Shown here: piece by piece, positions 19,020-28,394 of the stretch
How the letters are laid out: the number at the start of each line of letters is the position of its first letter
Numbering within the stretch: position 1 is the stretch's first letter
Assembly: GCA_964386535.1 (NCBI GenBank)
Contig: CAYLRY010000008.1
Location: 6,579 to 70,578 of the forward strand
Reading direction: 5' to 3'
Length of the DNA: 64,000 nucleotides
Source of the DNA: an uncultured Dehalococcoidales bacterium
GTDB taxonomy: Bacteria > Chloroflexota > Dehalococcoidia > Dehalococcoidales > UBA3254
Notes under the pieces: model-generated
What the model saw: only the letters and a program-made list of their open reading frames with translations
Database searches by the model: none
Told to the model about the DNA's origin: nothing
Translations under genes and position numbers: made by a program

Positions 19020-21716
19020 TTGATTTCGGAACAATTACTGAAAACTAAGTTGACCATCCCTGTAGGAAGACAGATGGTAGTAGCCAGATCACGTTTGATC
19101 GAGCGTTTGAACACCGGAATTGAAGGAAAGCTTATACTTATTTCTGCTCCTGCCGGATTTGGAAAAACCACCCTGGTAACAACCTGGATTGCCGGTATCG
19201 AACGTAAGGTTGCCTGGTTATCTCTGGATGAAGGAGACAATGACTCAGCCCTATGGTTTGAATACTTAATTGCGGCCTTACGAGAAATCAAACCTAAAAT
19301 TGGCGCCAGTGCTTTAAGGCTATTCCGATCATCTCAGGAGCCTACTCTGGCTAAAAATGTTCTCACCGATCTGATCAATGAAGTCTGCTCCGTGCCTTTT
19401 CATTTTATGCTGGTTCTGGATGATTATCATGTAATCAAGAACAAAGATATCCATAACGCAATGGACTTTTTACTTGAAAATTTGCCTCAAAACATGCATC
19501 TGGTAATCTTAACGCGTTCTGATCCTCCTTTCCACCTCTCTTACCTAAGAGGCAGGGCGCAATTGACGGAGTTACGGGCGGTTGATTTACGATTCACCAC
19601 TCAGGAGGTTGGGGATTTCCTTAACCGTGTGATGAATCTTAATCTCAGTCAGGAAGAAGTCGCCTCATTAGATGCCCGCAGTGAAGGCTGGATTGCAGGG
19701 CTGCAAATGGCTGCAATTTCCCTGAAAGGACGCACTGATACTGCCCAATTTATTGCAGCCTTCAGCGGCAGCAACCGTAATATTATGGACTATCTCTTTG
19801 AAGAAGTCTTTGACCGTCAGCCTGAGGATGTTCAATCCTTTTTGCTTCAGACATCTATTTTAGAGCAGTTGACAGGCCCCCTGTGTGATGCTGTCACCGG
19901 TAGAAACAACAGTCAAGCTATTCTGGAAACTATGAAAAAAGCTAATCTTTTTATTTTATCTCTGGATGATGATGGACGCTGGTACCGTTACCATCCACTT
20001 TTTGCAGATCTATTATTCCATAGCTTGAAAAATTCTCAACCCTCGTCTATACATGTTCTTTATGAAAGAGCCAGTTTATGGTATGAGCAAAACGGGCTGG
20101 CTGTACCGGCGATAGAACATGCTATTTTAGGCCAAAATTTTAACCTGGCTGCCAGTCTTATTATACGGCATGCTGAGACCACTTTGATGCATGGTGAGCT
20201 GGCCACCTTAAGAAGATGGATCCGTTCTCTACCGGTTGAAAGCATAAACTCAAATCCCATTCTGCTTATTTTTCAGGTTCTGGCGGATCTCTGGCTTCAT
20301 GAAGGTCTTTTAATAAGGGAAGAGAACTGGTTACAGAGGGCAGAAGAATTAGATCCACAAAAACAGCAAATTGGCCCCCTCCTGGCGGTCAGAGCTGTCT
20401 TATCAGCCGCTCAGGGTCAAACATTTCGAAGTGTTGATCTGGCTCATCAGGCGCTTGAAGTTTTACCTCCCGAAAGCACTTTCTGGAGGTCCGTGGTGAT
20501 TCCCTGTTTGGGACAATTCAGCCTGTTAAGAGCTGAATTACCGGCTATTCCTGTGGCTGTTAATCTATATAACGAAGCTGTCAATATGGGTATAAAAACA
20601 GCCAGTCTTTTTACAACAGTTTTAGCCCTCCGCCGTTTGGCAGAGACACATATCGCGGCAGGGCATTTACGCGAAGCACAAAAGTGCTACCAAAGAATTA
20701 TCGATTTGGCTGTAGACAGCCAGGGCAAACTGCTTCCCCTGGCCAGTTTCGGCTTTATGGGTTTGGGCAGCCTGGAGCGCGAATGGCATAATTTGGATAA
20801 GGCTGTCACATTGCTGGATCAGGGTATTCGTCTGGCCAGCGGGAAACTGGGATCATGGCAGTTAGAAGGCTTTATTAATCTAGCGCGTGTCAGGGCTATG
20901 CAAGGTAATACCTCTGAAGCCGCTCAATTGATCCGAAATGCCTGGCAGCTAACCTCTGAATCTCCAGATAGTAAACAATTCGAAATATTTGTGGTTGTCC
21001 ATGAGGTTCTTCTATCTCTAAGACGGGGTGACCTTACGATGCCGGCTGGATGGGCCAGAGAGCGGAGTCAAAAGTCCGTATCTGAACTGGGCCATGTTTC
21101 TGATCGAAAATCAGTAGCAGGTTATTATTCATCAGAATTAGAGCAGATAACCCTGGCCAGGGTTTATCTTGCACAGGGAATCCCAGCAGAAGCGCTGAAA
21201 ACTCTGGAAATAGTGTCTGAATCGGCAAAAAAGCTAGAACGTAACGGTGTACTGATTGAAATTCAAACGTTAGAAGCGCTTGCTTATAAAGCTCTGGGCA
21301 ACACTGATAAAGCTTTAAGGTTACTCCAGAATTCCCTTTCAACGGCTGAAAGTGAAGGTTATTTCAGTCTCTATATCGAAGAAGGGCTCCCTATGGCCAG
21401 GCTTTTATATGAAGCTTCTCAGCAAAAAATTAAACCAGAGTATGTTCACCGTCTGTTAGAAACTATACATAATATAAATATCGAATCAGAGCAACCAGGC
21501 AAGGTTTCCAGAATCCTGGAACCTTTGAGTGATAGAGAACTGAAAGTACTGGAATTGCTGTCCCGGGGGTTATCCAATAAAGAAATTGCAGAACTGTTAT
21601 GTATTGAATTGCGCACAGTGAAATGGCATACTGGCAATATATTTGGGAAACTTAATGTAAAAAATCGAACGGAGGCCGTGGTCAGAGCCAGGGAACTGAA
21701 TGTACTATCTTCCTGA
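19020..21716 (+). CDS. MalT-like LuxR-family transcriptional regulator (STAND ATPase + TPR-like + LuxR HTH)
   Basis: 898 aa with a TTG start. N-terminus is LLKTKLTIP, P-loop is ISAPAGFGKTTL, and the C-terminal HTH is LSDRELKVLELLSRGLSNKEIAELLCIELRTVKWHTGNIFGKLNV. Confidence 0.9.
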   Translation: MISEQLLKTKLTIPVGRQMVVARSRLIERLNTGIEGKLILISAPAGFGKTTLVTTWIAGIERKVAWLSLDEGDNDSALWFEYLIAALREIKPKIGASALRLFRSSQEPTLAKNVLTDLINEVCSVPFHFMLVLDDYHVIKNKDIHNAMDFLLENLPQNMHLVILTRSDPPFHLSYLRGRAQLTELRAVDLRFTTQEVGDFLNRVMNLNLSQEEVASLDARSEGWIAGLQMAAISLKGRTDTAQFIAAFSGSNRNIMDYLFEEVFDRQPEDVQSFLLQTSILEQLTGPLCDAVTGRNNSQAILETMKKANLFILSLDDDGRWYRYHPLFADLLFHSLKNSQPSSIHVLYERASLWYEQNGLAVPAIEHAILGQNFNLAASLIIRHAETTLMHGELATLRRWIRSLPVESINSNPILLIFQVLADLWLHEGLLIREENWLQRAEELDPQKQQIGPLLAVRAVLSAAQGQTFRSVDLAHQALEVLPPESTFWRSVVIPCLGQFSLLRAELPAIPVAVNLYNEAVNMGIKTASLFTTVLALRRLAETHIAAGHLREAQKCYQRIIDLAVDSQGKLLPLASFGFMGLGSLEREWHNLDKAVTLLDQGIRLASGKLGSWQLEGFINLARVRAMQGNTSEAAQLIRNAWQLTSESPDSKQFEIFVVVHEVLLSLRRGDLTMPAGWARERSQKSVSELGHVSDRKSVAGYYSSELEQITLARVYLAQGIPAEALKTLEIVSESAKKLERNGVLIEIQTLEALAYKALGNTDKALRLLQNSLSTAESEGYFSLYIEEGLPMARLLYEASQQKIKPEYVHRLLETIHNINIESEQPGKVSRILEPLSDRELKVLELLSRGLSNKEIAELLCIELRTVKWHTGNIFGKLNVKNRTEAVVRARELNVLSS

Positions 21717-21873
21717 TCAAATACAGAGTAGAAGACCTATCTGATAAAACTGACCATTATTTTTAATCCCTGAGTTTTTCACTATGGAACCTACCCTTCG
21801 AATGACTGAAAGAAACTTGAAATTTGAAGGATAAAATATAAATATCATTAATATTAAATCAAGGAGGATATAA

Positions 21874-22395
21874 ATGGCAGAGTCGAAATATGAAAAATAC
21901 ATAACCCGGAAAGCGGCGGTTTTGACACGGATTGATGATCAGGGGGTTGTCAGATTTGAGGTTCCTCCAACACCTGGCATCCCTCTAAAAAATAAGGACA
22001 ACACCGGACCCCGAATGATCTTCTCCAACGATGTAGTTAAAGAAGCTACCACTAAAATAGAATACGGATTTATTTTAAAAGATACCGTATTGCTTAATAA
22101 TAGTCAGAATTATGGTGCGCATAGGCATGATTATCCCGAGATTTTCCTTTTCCTGGGTAGCGATCCAAATAATACCAATTATTTGGGTGCTGAGGGAGAA
22201 TTCTGGCTGGGTGAAGGAGATGAACTGGAAAAAGTCAGGCTGGATACTTCCTGTAGCGTTTACATACCACCTAATCTAGCTCATTTTCCTTTGTTTTTCA
22301 GAAACGTTAAAACTATGGTTATAATGGGAGTTGTGATTCCCAGAGTGGGTGATCTGATACCAGTGCCCATACCCAGACCCAGAGTAAACCCATAG
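21874..22395 (+). CDS. Cupin-like protein of unknown function (paralog of 58742-59188)
   Basis: 173 aa with an AAGGAGG SD. It shares HxHDxxxIxxFxGxxPxN...AExE...GEE...VYIPxxxxHxPL with the 58742 product. Confidence 0.6.
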   Translation: MAESKYEKYITRKAAVLTRIDDQGVVRFEVPPTPGIPLKNKDNTGPRMIFSNDVVKEATTKIEYGFILKDTVLLNNSQNYGAHRHDYPEIFLFLGSDPNNTNYLGAEGEFWLGEGDELEKVRLDTSCSVYIPPNLAHFPLFFRNVKTMVIMGVVIPRVGDLIPVPIPRPRVNP

Positions 22396-22637
22396 AAGTA
22401 AACCAACACCGCCGATATAAAGATACAGCGGAAAAATCTTTTCCATTTTGGATGGAAAACAGTTTTCTTATCTATTATTAATGATTTTTTAGTTATTATT
22501 TTTAATATTATTTATTATAACATATCTTTATATTATTTTATATTTTATATAACATATACACATAAGCCAGATTAGCTGTCTTTTTAATTTTATATTTTTT
22601 ACCTGACAGCTCGTAATGGCCTGTCAGGGTCAGGAAA

Positions 22638-23465
22638 TTGCGAGTGAAAAAAATGATACATTTCCGCCTGTTGATGGTCTGTGTTCTGTTGTCTATCCCT
22701 GGTTTCTTAATGGCAGGTTGCAGTCAAATCAACCGGGAGCCGTTAACACTGGATAACCTGGCGGGTAAAAGAATTGGAGTGATGTGCGGCTACAGCACAG
22801 ACTACATTCTTTCTAAGGACAAATATAAAATAAACATTTACAGATATGATTATTATGCTGACATGCAACTGGCCCTCAGGTTTAACCGTCTGGATGCAGC
22901 CGCCATGGAAAATGATGAAGCCTATGTATTTTGCCGGATTGAGCCCAAATTTAAAATCGGTCTTACTCTTGATTCACACTTAGAGTTCGGTTATCCATTC
23001 AATGCCGATAAGATTGAGTTTCTGGAACTTTTTAACAATTTCGCCAGAGAATTTCAGCAAACAGAAGAATATGCGGATATTGTCAGACGGGTTGAGGAGT
23101 CTGCCCAAATCCCGTATCAACCTAAGAAGGTCACTAACGTGGTGACTACAGACAGGGTATTAAAGGTGGCGGCTTTTGACGGCTGGGAGCCGGTATCCTA
23201 CATCAATACCGAAACCAATGAATGGGAGGGGTCTGATGTAGAAATGCTGACTTACTTTGCCAACAGCATAGGAGCTAAATTGGAGCTAAGTATTAAGAGC
23301 TACAACCAGATGCTGATAGAGCTTGGCAGTGGACTTCTTGATTTTATCATCTGCCCCGAGACCATGTTATATAAAAAAGATATGGAAATGAGTAAAAATA
23401 TAACCATGTCCAATGGCGTCTTTTATAAGGATATTGTTCTGATTGTTAATAGTGAGGAGCCATAA
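22638..23465 (+). CDS. Amino-acid ABC transporter substrate-binding lipoprotein (family 3)
   Basis: 275 aa with lipobox LMAGC and an SBP_bac_3-like sequence. The start is TTG 22638 or ATG 22653. The stop overlaps the permease start (TAATG). Confidence 0.75.
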   Translation: MRVKKMIHFRLLMVCVLLSIPGFLMAGCSQINREPLTLDNLAGKRIGVMCGYSTDYILSKDKYKINIYRYDYYADMQLALRFNRLDAAAMENDEAYVFCRIEPKFKIGLTLDSHLEFGYPFNADKIEFLELFNNFAREFQQTEEYADIVRRVEESAQIPYQPKKVTNVVTTDRVLKVAAFDGWEPVSYINTETNEWEGSDVEMLTYFANSIGAKLELSIKSYNQMLIELGSGLLDFIICPETMLYKKDMEMSKNITMSNGVFYKDIVLIVNSEEP

Positions 23466-24184
23466 TGGAAGAATTAATTCAGACTATAAAAAATTCAATC
23501 TATATTAACCTCATTTATGAGGATAGATATTGGTTCATCCTTAAAGGTTTCGGTATGACGCTATACTTGACTGTTACGACATTTTTACTGGGTACCGTTA
23601 TAGGGGCGATATTCTGTAGATTGCGGCTTATCAGGAATCCTGCTATAACAACGGTCGTAATCTGGCTTAAAAACCTCTTTATTCGCCTGCCTACCCTGGT
23701 ACTGCTGATAATTTTTGCATACTGGCTTTTTGCCAATACAGGTATTGACACTGTCCCTCTGGCAATATTAGCCTTTGCTCTGAAAGCAGGCTCTTATATC
23801 AGCGATATCATGTACAGTGCTGTTATTACAGTAAATAAGGGAGAAGTGGAAGCAGGACGGACCCTCGGTATGTCCACATTTACAGTTTTTCGCCTGGTGG
23901 TTCTGCCTCAAGCTATTAAAAACGCTTTACCGGTTTATAAAAACCAGTTGATCATCACAATGCAGGAAACCTCGCTGGTGGGATTCTTAGCCATTAATGA
24001 TCTGACACGTGCCAGCCAGGTTATTACTAGCCGGACTATGGATCCTTACATCTCTATCATCATTACAGTAATAGCCTATTTATTAATCGGTGGTGTCTCT
24101 GGACTATTATTCAGGGTGGTAGAAAGAGACCGGCATTTGGAATATGCCGCACTTAAAAAACAGGAAAAGGCTAAAGCAATATGA
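23465..24184 (+). CDS. Amino-acid ABC transporter permease (His/Glu/Gln/Arg/opine family)
   Basis: 239 aa. EAA loop is EAGRTLGMSTFTVFRLVVLPQAIKNALPVYKNQLI. It overlaps the ATPase gene by 4 nt. Confidence 0.9.
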   Translation: MEELIQTIKNSIYINLIYEDRYWFILKGFGMTLYLTVTTFLLGTVIGAIFCRLRLIRNPAITTVVIWLKNLFIRLPTLVLLIIFAYWLFANTGIDTVPLAILAFALKAGSYISDIMYSAVITVNKGEVEAGRTLGMSTFTVFRLVVLPQAIKNALPVYKNQLIITMQETSLVGFLAINDLTRASQVITSRTMDPYISIIITVIAYLLIGGVSGLLFRVVERDRHLEYAALKKQEKAKAI

Positions 24185-25266
24185 TCTCGATAAAACACTT
24201 ATATAAAAGTTTCGGGAAAAATCTGATTTTAAAAGATATTTGTATTGACATCAATGACGGTGAGGTTGTGGCAATCATCGGCCCGTCAGGTTGCGGAAAA
24301 AGTACTTTAATCCGCTGTATAAATCTTCTGGAACAACCTGACTCCGGTCAAATCTTCATCGGAGGGGAAGAGATCACCCGCAAGGGTGCAGATATTAATA
24401 CAGTCCGCCGTAAACTGGGTATGGTATATCAATCTTTCAACTTATTTTCCCATCAGACGGCATTAGAAAACGTTATTCTTTCCCCCATACACGTCCTCAA
24501 ACTCCCCAGGGAACAGGCAATCAAGGAAGCTATGGGTTATCTGGAATTAGTAGGTATTGCCAACCGTGCGGACTTTTTACCAGACCAGCTATCAGGAGGG
24601 CAGAAGCAAAGAGTAGCCATTGCCCGCTGTCTGGCTATGCATCCAGAGGCCATCCTCTTCGATGAGCCTACATCTGCTCTGGACCCAACTATGGTAGATG
24701 AAGTATTGTCGGTCATCCGTAAGCTGGTAAAAAACGGTTTAACCTGTATAATTGTCACTCATGAAATGAATTTTGCACGGAAAATCGCAACCAGGGTACT
24801 TTACATGGACGATAAAATAATTTATGAAAGCGGCACACCCGAAGAAATATTCGACCATCCGCAAAAGGAGAAAACCAGAATATTTATCCACAAGCTGAAG
24901 GTGTTGACCATTGAAGCCGCACTTTCTGAAATGGATATGTATGATATCACCCGGCAGGTTTCTGATTATTGCTTTAAGTATGATATGAATCTGAGGGAAA
25001 CCAATATCATCAACCTGATCTGCGAGGAATACGTTACCAACCTCATGAAACGGCCTAAAGCCGGTGAATGGATCGCCTTATCTGTACGTTATAATGAACA
25101 AAACGGGTCTAAAGAACTGGTATTTCGGGATAATTTCCCGGCTGGGAATTTTTTTGAAAGTACGGATTTCGATAGTGTCAGTGCCAGGCTGATCAAAGGT
25201 TTTACGCGGTCCCTCGATTACCGCAGAGTTGATGATCAGAATATCGTAGAAATGCAATTGCTTTAG
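24181..25266 (+). CDS. Amino-acid ABC transporter ATP-binding protein with ~120-aa C-terminal extension
   Basis: 361 aa. Walker A is GPSGCGKST, signature LSGGQKQR, Walker B ILFDEPTSALD, H-loop VTHEM. The canonical core ends near aa 240, and residues 240-361 are extra. Confidence 0.9.
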   Translation: MISIKHLYKSFGKNLILKDICIDINDGEVVAIIGPSGCGKSTLIRCINLLEQPDSGQIFIGGEEITRKGADINTVRRKLGMVYQSFNLFSHQTALENVILSPIHVLKLPREQAIKEAMGYLELVGIANRADFLPDQLSGGQKQRVAIARCLAMHPEAILFDEPTSALDPTMVDEVLSVIRKLVKNGLTCIIVTHEMNFARKIATRVLYMDDKIIYESGTPEEIFDHPQKEKTRIFIHKLKVLTIEAALSEMDMYDITRQVSDYCFKYDMNLRETNIINLICEEYVTNLMKRPKAGEWIALSVRYNEQNGSKELVFRDNFPAGNFFESTDFDSVSARLIKGFTRSLDYRRVDDQNIVEMQLL

Positions 25267-25517
25267 TTAAACATCCTGACTGAACAACTATCGCTGTATT
25301 CTTTACATGGCCTGATTTTCATCGCTGCGCGCTCTGTCATAGCTTTTTTGAAGAGTCCCTTAACACACTTAATTAAGCCCGGCCCAAAAATCCAGATTCA
25401 AAACGGGAACCCATTAAAATAAATCTTTAAAGGAAATGTAATTGCAGCCCGTCCTCTAAAAAGATAAACTTATTAAGAACAATAAGACCGGAAGGTTCCG
25501 TTTTTGGAGTTAAACTG

Positions 25518-26822
25518 GTGAAGCTAAAATCTGAGCGTAAAAACAGTGTTCTCATAATAACCCCAGTAGGCAGGCTGGATGCTTTCGAGGCGATTGGACT
25601 GGGTAAAGATCTGGATAATCTCGTTATGGAAGATGATATATATCTAGTTCTGGACATGGCTAACGTACCTTATTTAAGCAGCGGCGGCATCAGAGTTCTT
25701 TTAGCTGTAAATAAAAAATTGTCCAGAAAGAAAGGACTGGTTTTTCTCTGCAGCCTGTGCGAGTATCCTGTCCAGGTGTTGAAAATGGCTGGTCTGGATA
25801 ACGTTTTTAATACTTGTGATTCTGTTGAGGCTGCCCTTTTTCAAATTTCTAACCTGAAAAGTATACAACGCCATCAAAAGGACCTGCAAAGTCTTCCCTG
25901 TTATAAAATCAAAGATATAAGTTTTCAGGTTTTTCATGCTAACGATAACAATGCAACTTTGAAAATTGTCGGCAGCCTGACGAAAGTGATGCATGCCACA
26001 CTTGAACCTGAAGACATCCGGCGGCGGCGTTTTTCTGAAACAGAATACTCCATCGGTCTGGGTGCTCTGGGAGGCGGCCTGGACGATTGTTTTCCTCTGC
26101 TGGGGGAAATGATGACCATAGGAGGAACAATGGTCTGGCTGCCAACTGATGGTAATGATACACCTGATTTTCTTATTCCCCAAAAAGATACGGGTGAGGT
26201 CATGATCCACACCGGCCTTAATATGGCCCTTGAAGGCCAGTTTAATGATATAATCCTGGTAGGCGCTGTTGAAGCCGGTTTGCCTATTACCCTTATTGAT
26301 TTTTACGAAGCTATCTTCCAAATTGCACGGGTACGGCAGATACCACACAGCAGCCTGGCCAGCGTAGCAATGGTATCCAATCTGGATGCACTGTTCAGCT
26401 CAGGGGTCAAGATATCACCCATTAATAAATTTACACCCACTAATCACGGTATGATCACTGATCCGGAAAATATAGGTCAGTGGATGGATGTTAACACTGA
26501 GCCCAAACATTGTGAACAGACTATGGTAAGTTTCGGGCTGGGTCTGGACTTAACTTTGGACCTTTCAGGTCTTTCAAAAGCCAGCCTGGATAATGTATTT
26601 TACCTGCATCCGGCCAATGTGGGCAGCAAAAAAATGCTTCTACATAATCATGGCGTGGTTTTTCATAACGTGCGGTGGCAGTATGTTCTGAATCTGGATG
26701 CTGAAATCAGGAGGATTGTCCGTGAGGGTGAGTTTGTGGATATGCGTCACCTTCTGGATACCACCCGGTTCACCCGGGCCATTGCCGGTGTTTCATATAT
26801 TTCAAACATAAGGTCCGAATAA
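25518..26822 (+). CDS. STAS (anti-sigma-factor-antagonist-like) domain fused to a ~320-aa unassigned domain
   Basis: 434 aa with a GTG start 8 nt after GGAG. The N-terminal ~110 aa fit the STAS/SpoIIAA pattern (VLIITPVGRLDAFEAIGLGKDLDNL...VLDMANVPYLSSGGIRVLL...LCSLCEYPVQVLKMAGLDNVF). The remainder is unrecognised. Confidence 0.75.
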   Translation: MKLKSERKNSVLIITPVGRLDAFEAIGLGKDLDNLVMEDDIYLVLDMANVPYLSSGGIRVLLAVNKKLSRKKGLVFLCSLCEYPVQVLKMAGLDNVFNTCDSVEAALFQISNLKSIQRHQKDLQSLPCYKIKDISFQVFHANDNNATLKIVGSLTKVMHATLEPEDIRRRRFSETEYSIGLGALGGGLDDCFPLLGEMMTIGGTMVWLPTDGNDTPDFLIPQKDTGEVMIHTGLNMALEGQFNDIILVGAVEAGLPITLIDFYEAIFQIARVRQIPHSSLASVAMVSNLDALFSSGVKISPINKFTPTNHGMITDPENIGQWMDVNTEPKHCEQTMVSFGLGLDLTLDLSGLSKASLDNVFYLHPANVGSKKMLLHNHGVVFHNVRWQYVLNLDAEIRRIVREGEFVDMRHLLDTTRFTRAIAGVSYISNIRSE

Positions 26823-26963
26823 TTTGTATTCAGGAAACGACCTGGCGACGGGAGGCCGAAATTGGTCGTTTAAAAATTACCTATTAGATTCACAAGTCTC
26901 CTTGCGGTAGGCTGAAAGCATATACGGCAAATCAGGTCCAGCAGTAAGCTCAGCCTGATATTA

Positions 26964-26993
26964 TTGACACGGATCAATCACCTGTGATATACA
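26964..26993 (+). promoter_or_regulatory. Putative sigma-70-type promoter (extended -10) upstream of the Bcr/Hgd-like cluster
   Basis: TTGACA (26964-26969), an 18-nt spacer, then TGaTATACA (26985-26993). Confidence 0.3.
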
Positions 26994-27160
26994 TATACTA
27001 AAATTATATCGATGCTTCTACCTATAATATTCCCCCGTTTTTACCACCTTGCCGGCGTACAAATAAGTTCCTTTTCAGGTTCCGGAAACCTGTGGACATG
27101 GATGGTAGATACCGTATTCATTTAATAACTCGATGTGCAAGTGGAGGATCAGTCAGGGAA

Positions 27161-28291
27161 ATGGAAAAATTTCATGAAATACTAAAAAATCACCACCAGT
27201 ATGCCAGAGAATGGAAAAAGAAAACCGGAAGAAAAGTGCTGGGCTACTACGAACCCTATATGCCTGAGGAGGTAGCTTATGCTGCCGGTGTCCTGCCTGT
27301 CCGGCTTTTAAGTGAACATGAGCCTGATGATATTACCGACCATTTTATGTATGGTCAGTGCGCTTGTAGCCGTGATCTTTTAAACCAGTTTTCCAAAGGT
27401 AGGTTTGACTATATAGATGGCCATGTTTATGCTGAAGCCTGCCAGTGGATGCGTGGAGCCTTCCAGACGTGTGGTGCGTATATGCCGGAAGATACTTATC
27501 ATCATTATGTCTATACGCCTGATTATACCGACGGTCCCCGGTCTAAAAGCCTGATGCGTTCTGAAGTAGAATCATTCAAAAAATCCCTGGAGAAATGGAC
27601 CGGCCAAAAAATTACCAATCGTTTACTGGACCACTCAATCAACGTTTATAATACTAACCGCCGGCTGCTGCACCAGATCTATGAAATGCGCCGCCTGGAC
27701 AATCCTGTGGTTACCGGGACAGAAGCCATGGAAATGGTGCTGACCTCCCAGATCATGGACAAAGATGAACATAACAAACTGCTGCGTGAAGCTATCAAAG
27801 AGCTAAGACAGCGTAAACAGGTTAATAATAAGGGCATTCGCGTCATGTTGATCGGTAGCCCAACATCAGATGTAGAACTGGAAAAGCTGATAGAATCGCT
27901 GGGGGCAGTTGTAGTGATAGATGAATTATGCACCGGTGCAGGTTATTTCTGGAACGAAGTGGTACCTCTGGAAGACCGTTTGATGGCTATTTCACTCCGC
28001 TATCTAGGGAAACCACATTGCGCCTTAAAAGATAACAACTGGAGAAGGCGCCCGGCATTTATCCATCAACTGTACGAAGACTATAATGCTAAAGGTGTGA
28101 TTATCTCCAAGCAGATTTATTGCCATCCGCACGGGACGGATAATCCTGAACTCTGGAAGCAGTTTAGAGAGCACTATATGCCGTTTCACTATTTGGAAAG
28201 AGACACCACCAGCCCAGGGCGTGAAACGAAAGTACGCCTGGAAGCTTTCCTGAACATACTACAGGCTGACCCTGTCTTACAGGGCACTTAA
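27161..28291 (+). CDS. BcrC/BzdN/HgdB-family subunit (2-hydroxyacyl-CoA dehydratase / benzoyl-CoA reductase family, PF06050 type)
   Basis: ATG 27161 is preferred to the track start at 27092. MEKFHEILKNHHQYAREWKKKTGRKVLGYYEPYMPEEVAYAAGVLPVRLL is the typical N-terminus of this family. Conserved Cys residues are present (QCACS, EACQW, ELCTG). Confidence 0.8.
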   Translation: MEKFHEILKNHHQYAREWKKKTGRKVLGYYEPYMPEEVAYAAGVLPVRLLSEHEPDDITDHFMYGQCACSRDLLNQFSKGRFDYIDGHVYAEACQWMRGAFQTCGAYMPEDTYHHYVYTPDYTDGPRSKSLMRSEVESFKKSLEKWTGQKITNRLLDHSINVYNTNRRLLHQIYEMRRLDNPVVTGTEAMEMVLTSQIMDKDEHNKLLREAIKELRQRKQVNNKGIRVMLIGSPTSDVELEKLIESLGAVVVIDELCTGAGYFWNEVVPLEDRLMAISLRYLGKPHCALKDNNWRRRPAFIHQLYEDYNAKGVIISKQIYCHPHGTDNPELWKQFREHYMPFHYLERDTTSPGRETKVRLEAFLNILQADPVLQGT

Positions 28292-28394
28292 CCCCTGTTG
28301 ACTCAATCGGCTGAAATGCGAGTTAAAAAACGGAGAGTCATAGACTGTTGTTATTAGAGAAAAGACCGGGAAATTAATCGGGAGATGATACTAT

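Noticed and set aside
25701-26348. 215-aa reverse-strand ORF and two nested ones.
   Set aside because: They lie entirely antisense within the STAS-fusion gene, which has the recognisable domain and the SD.
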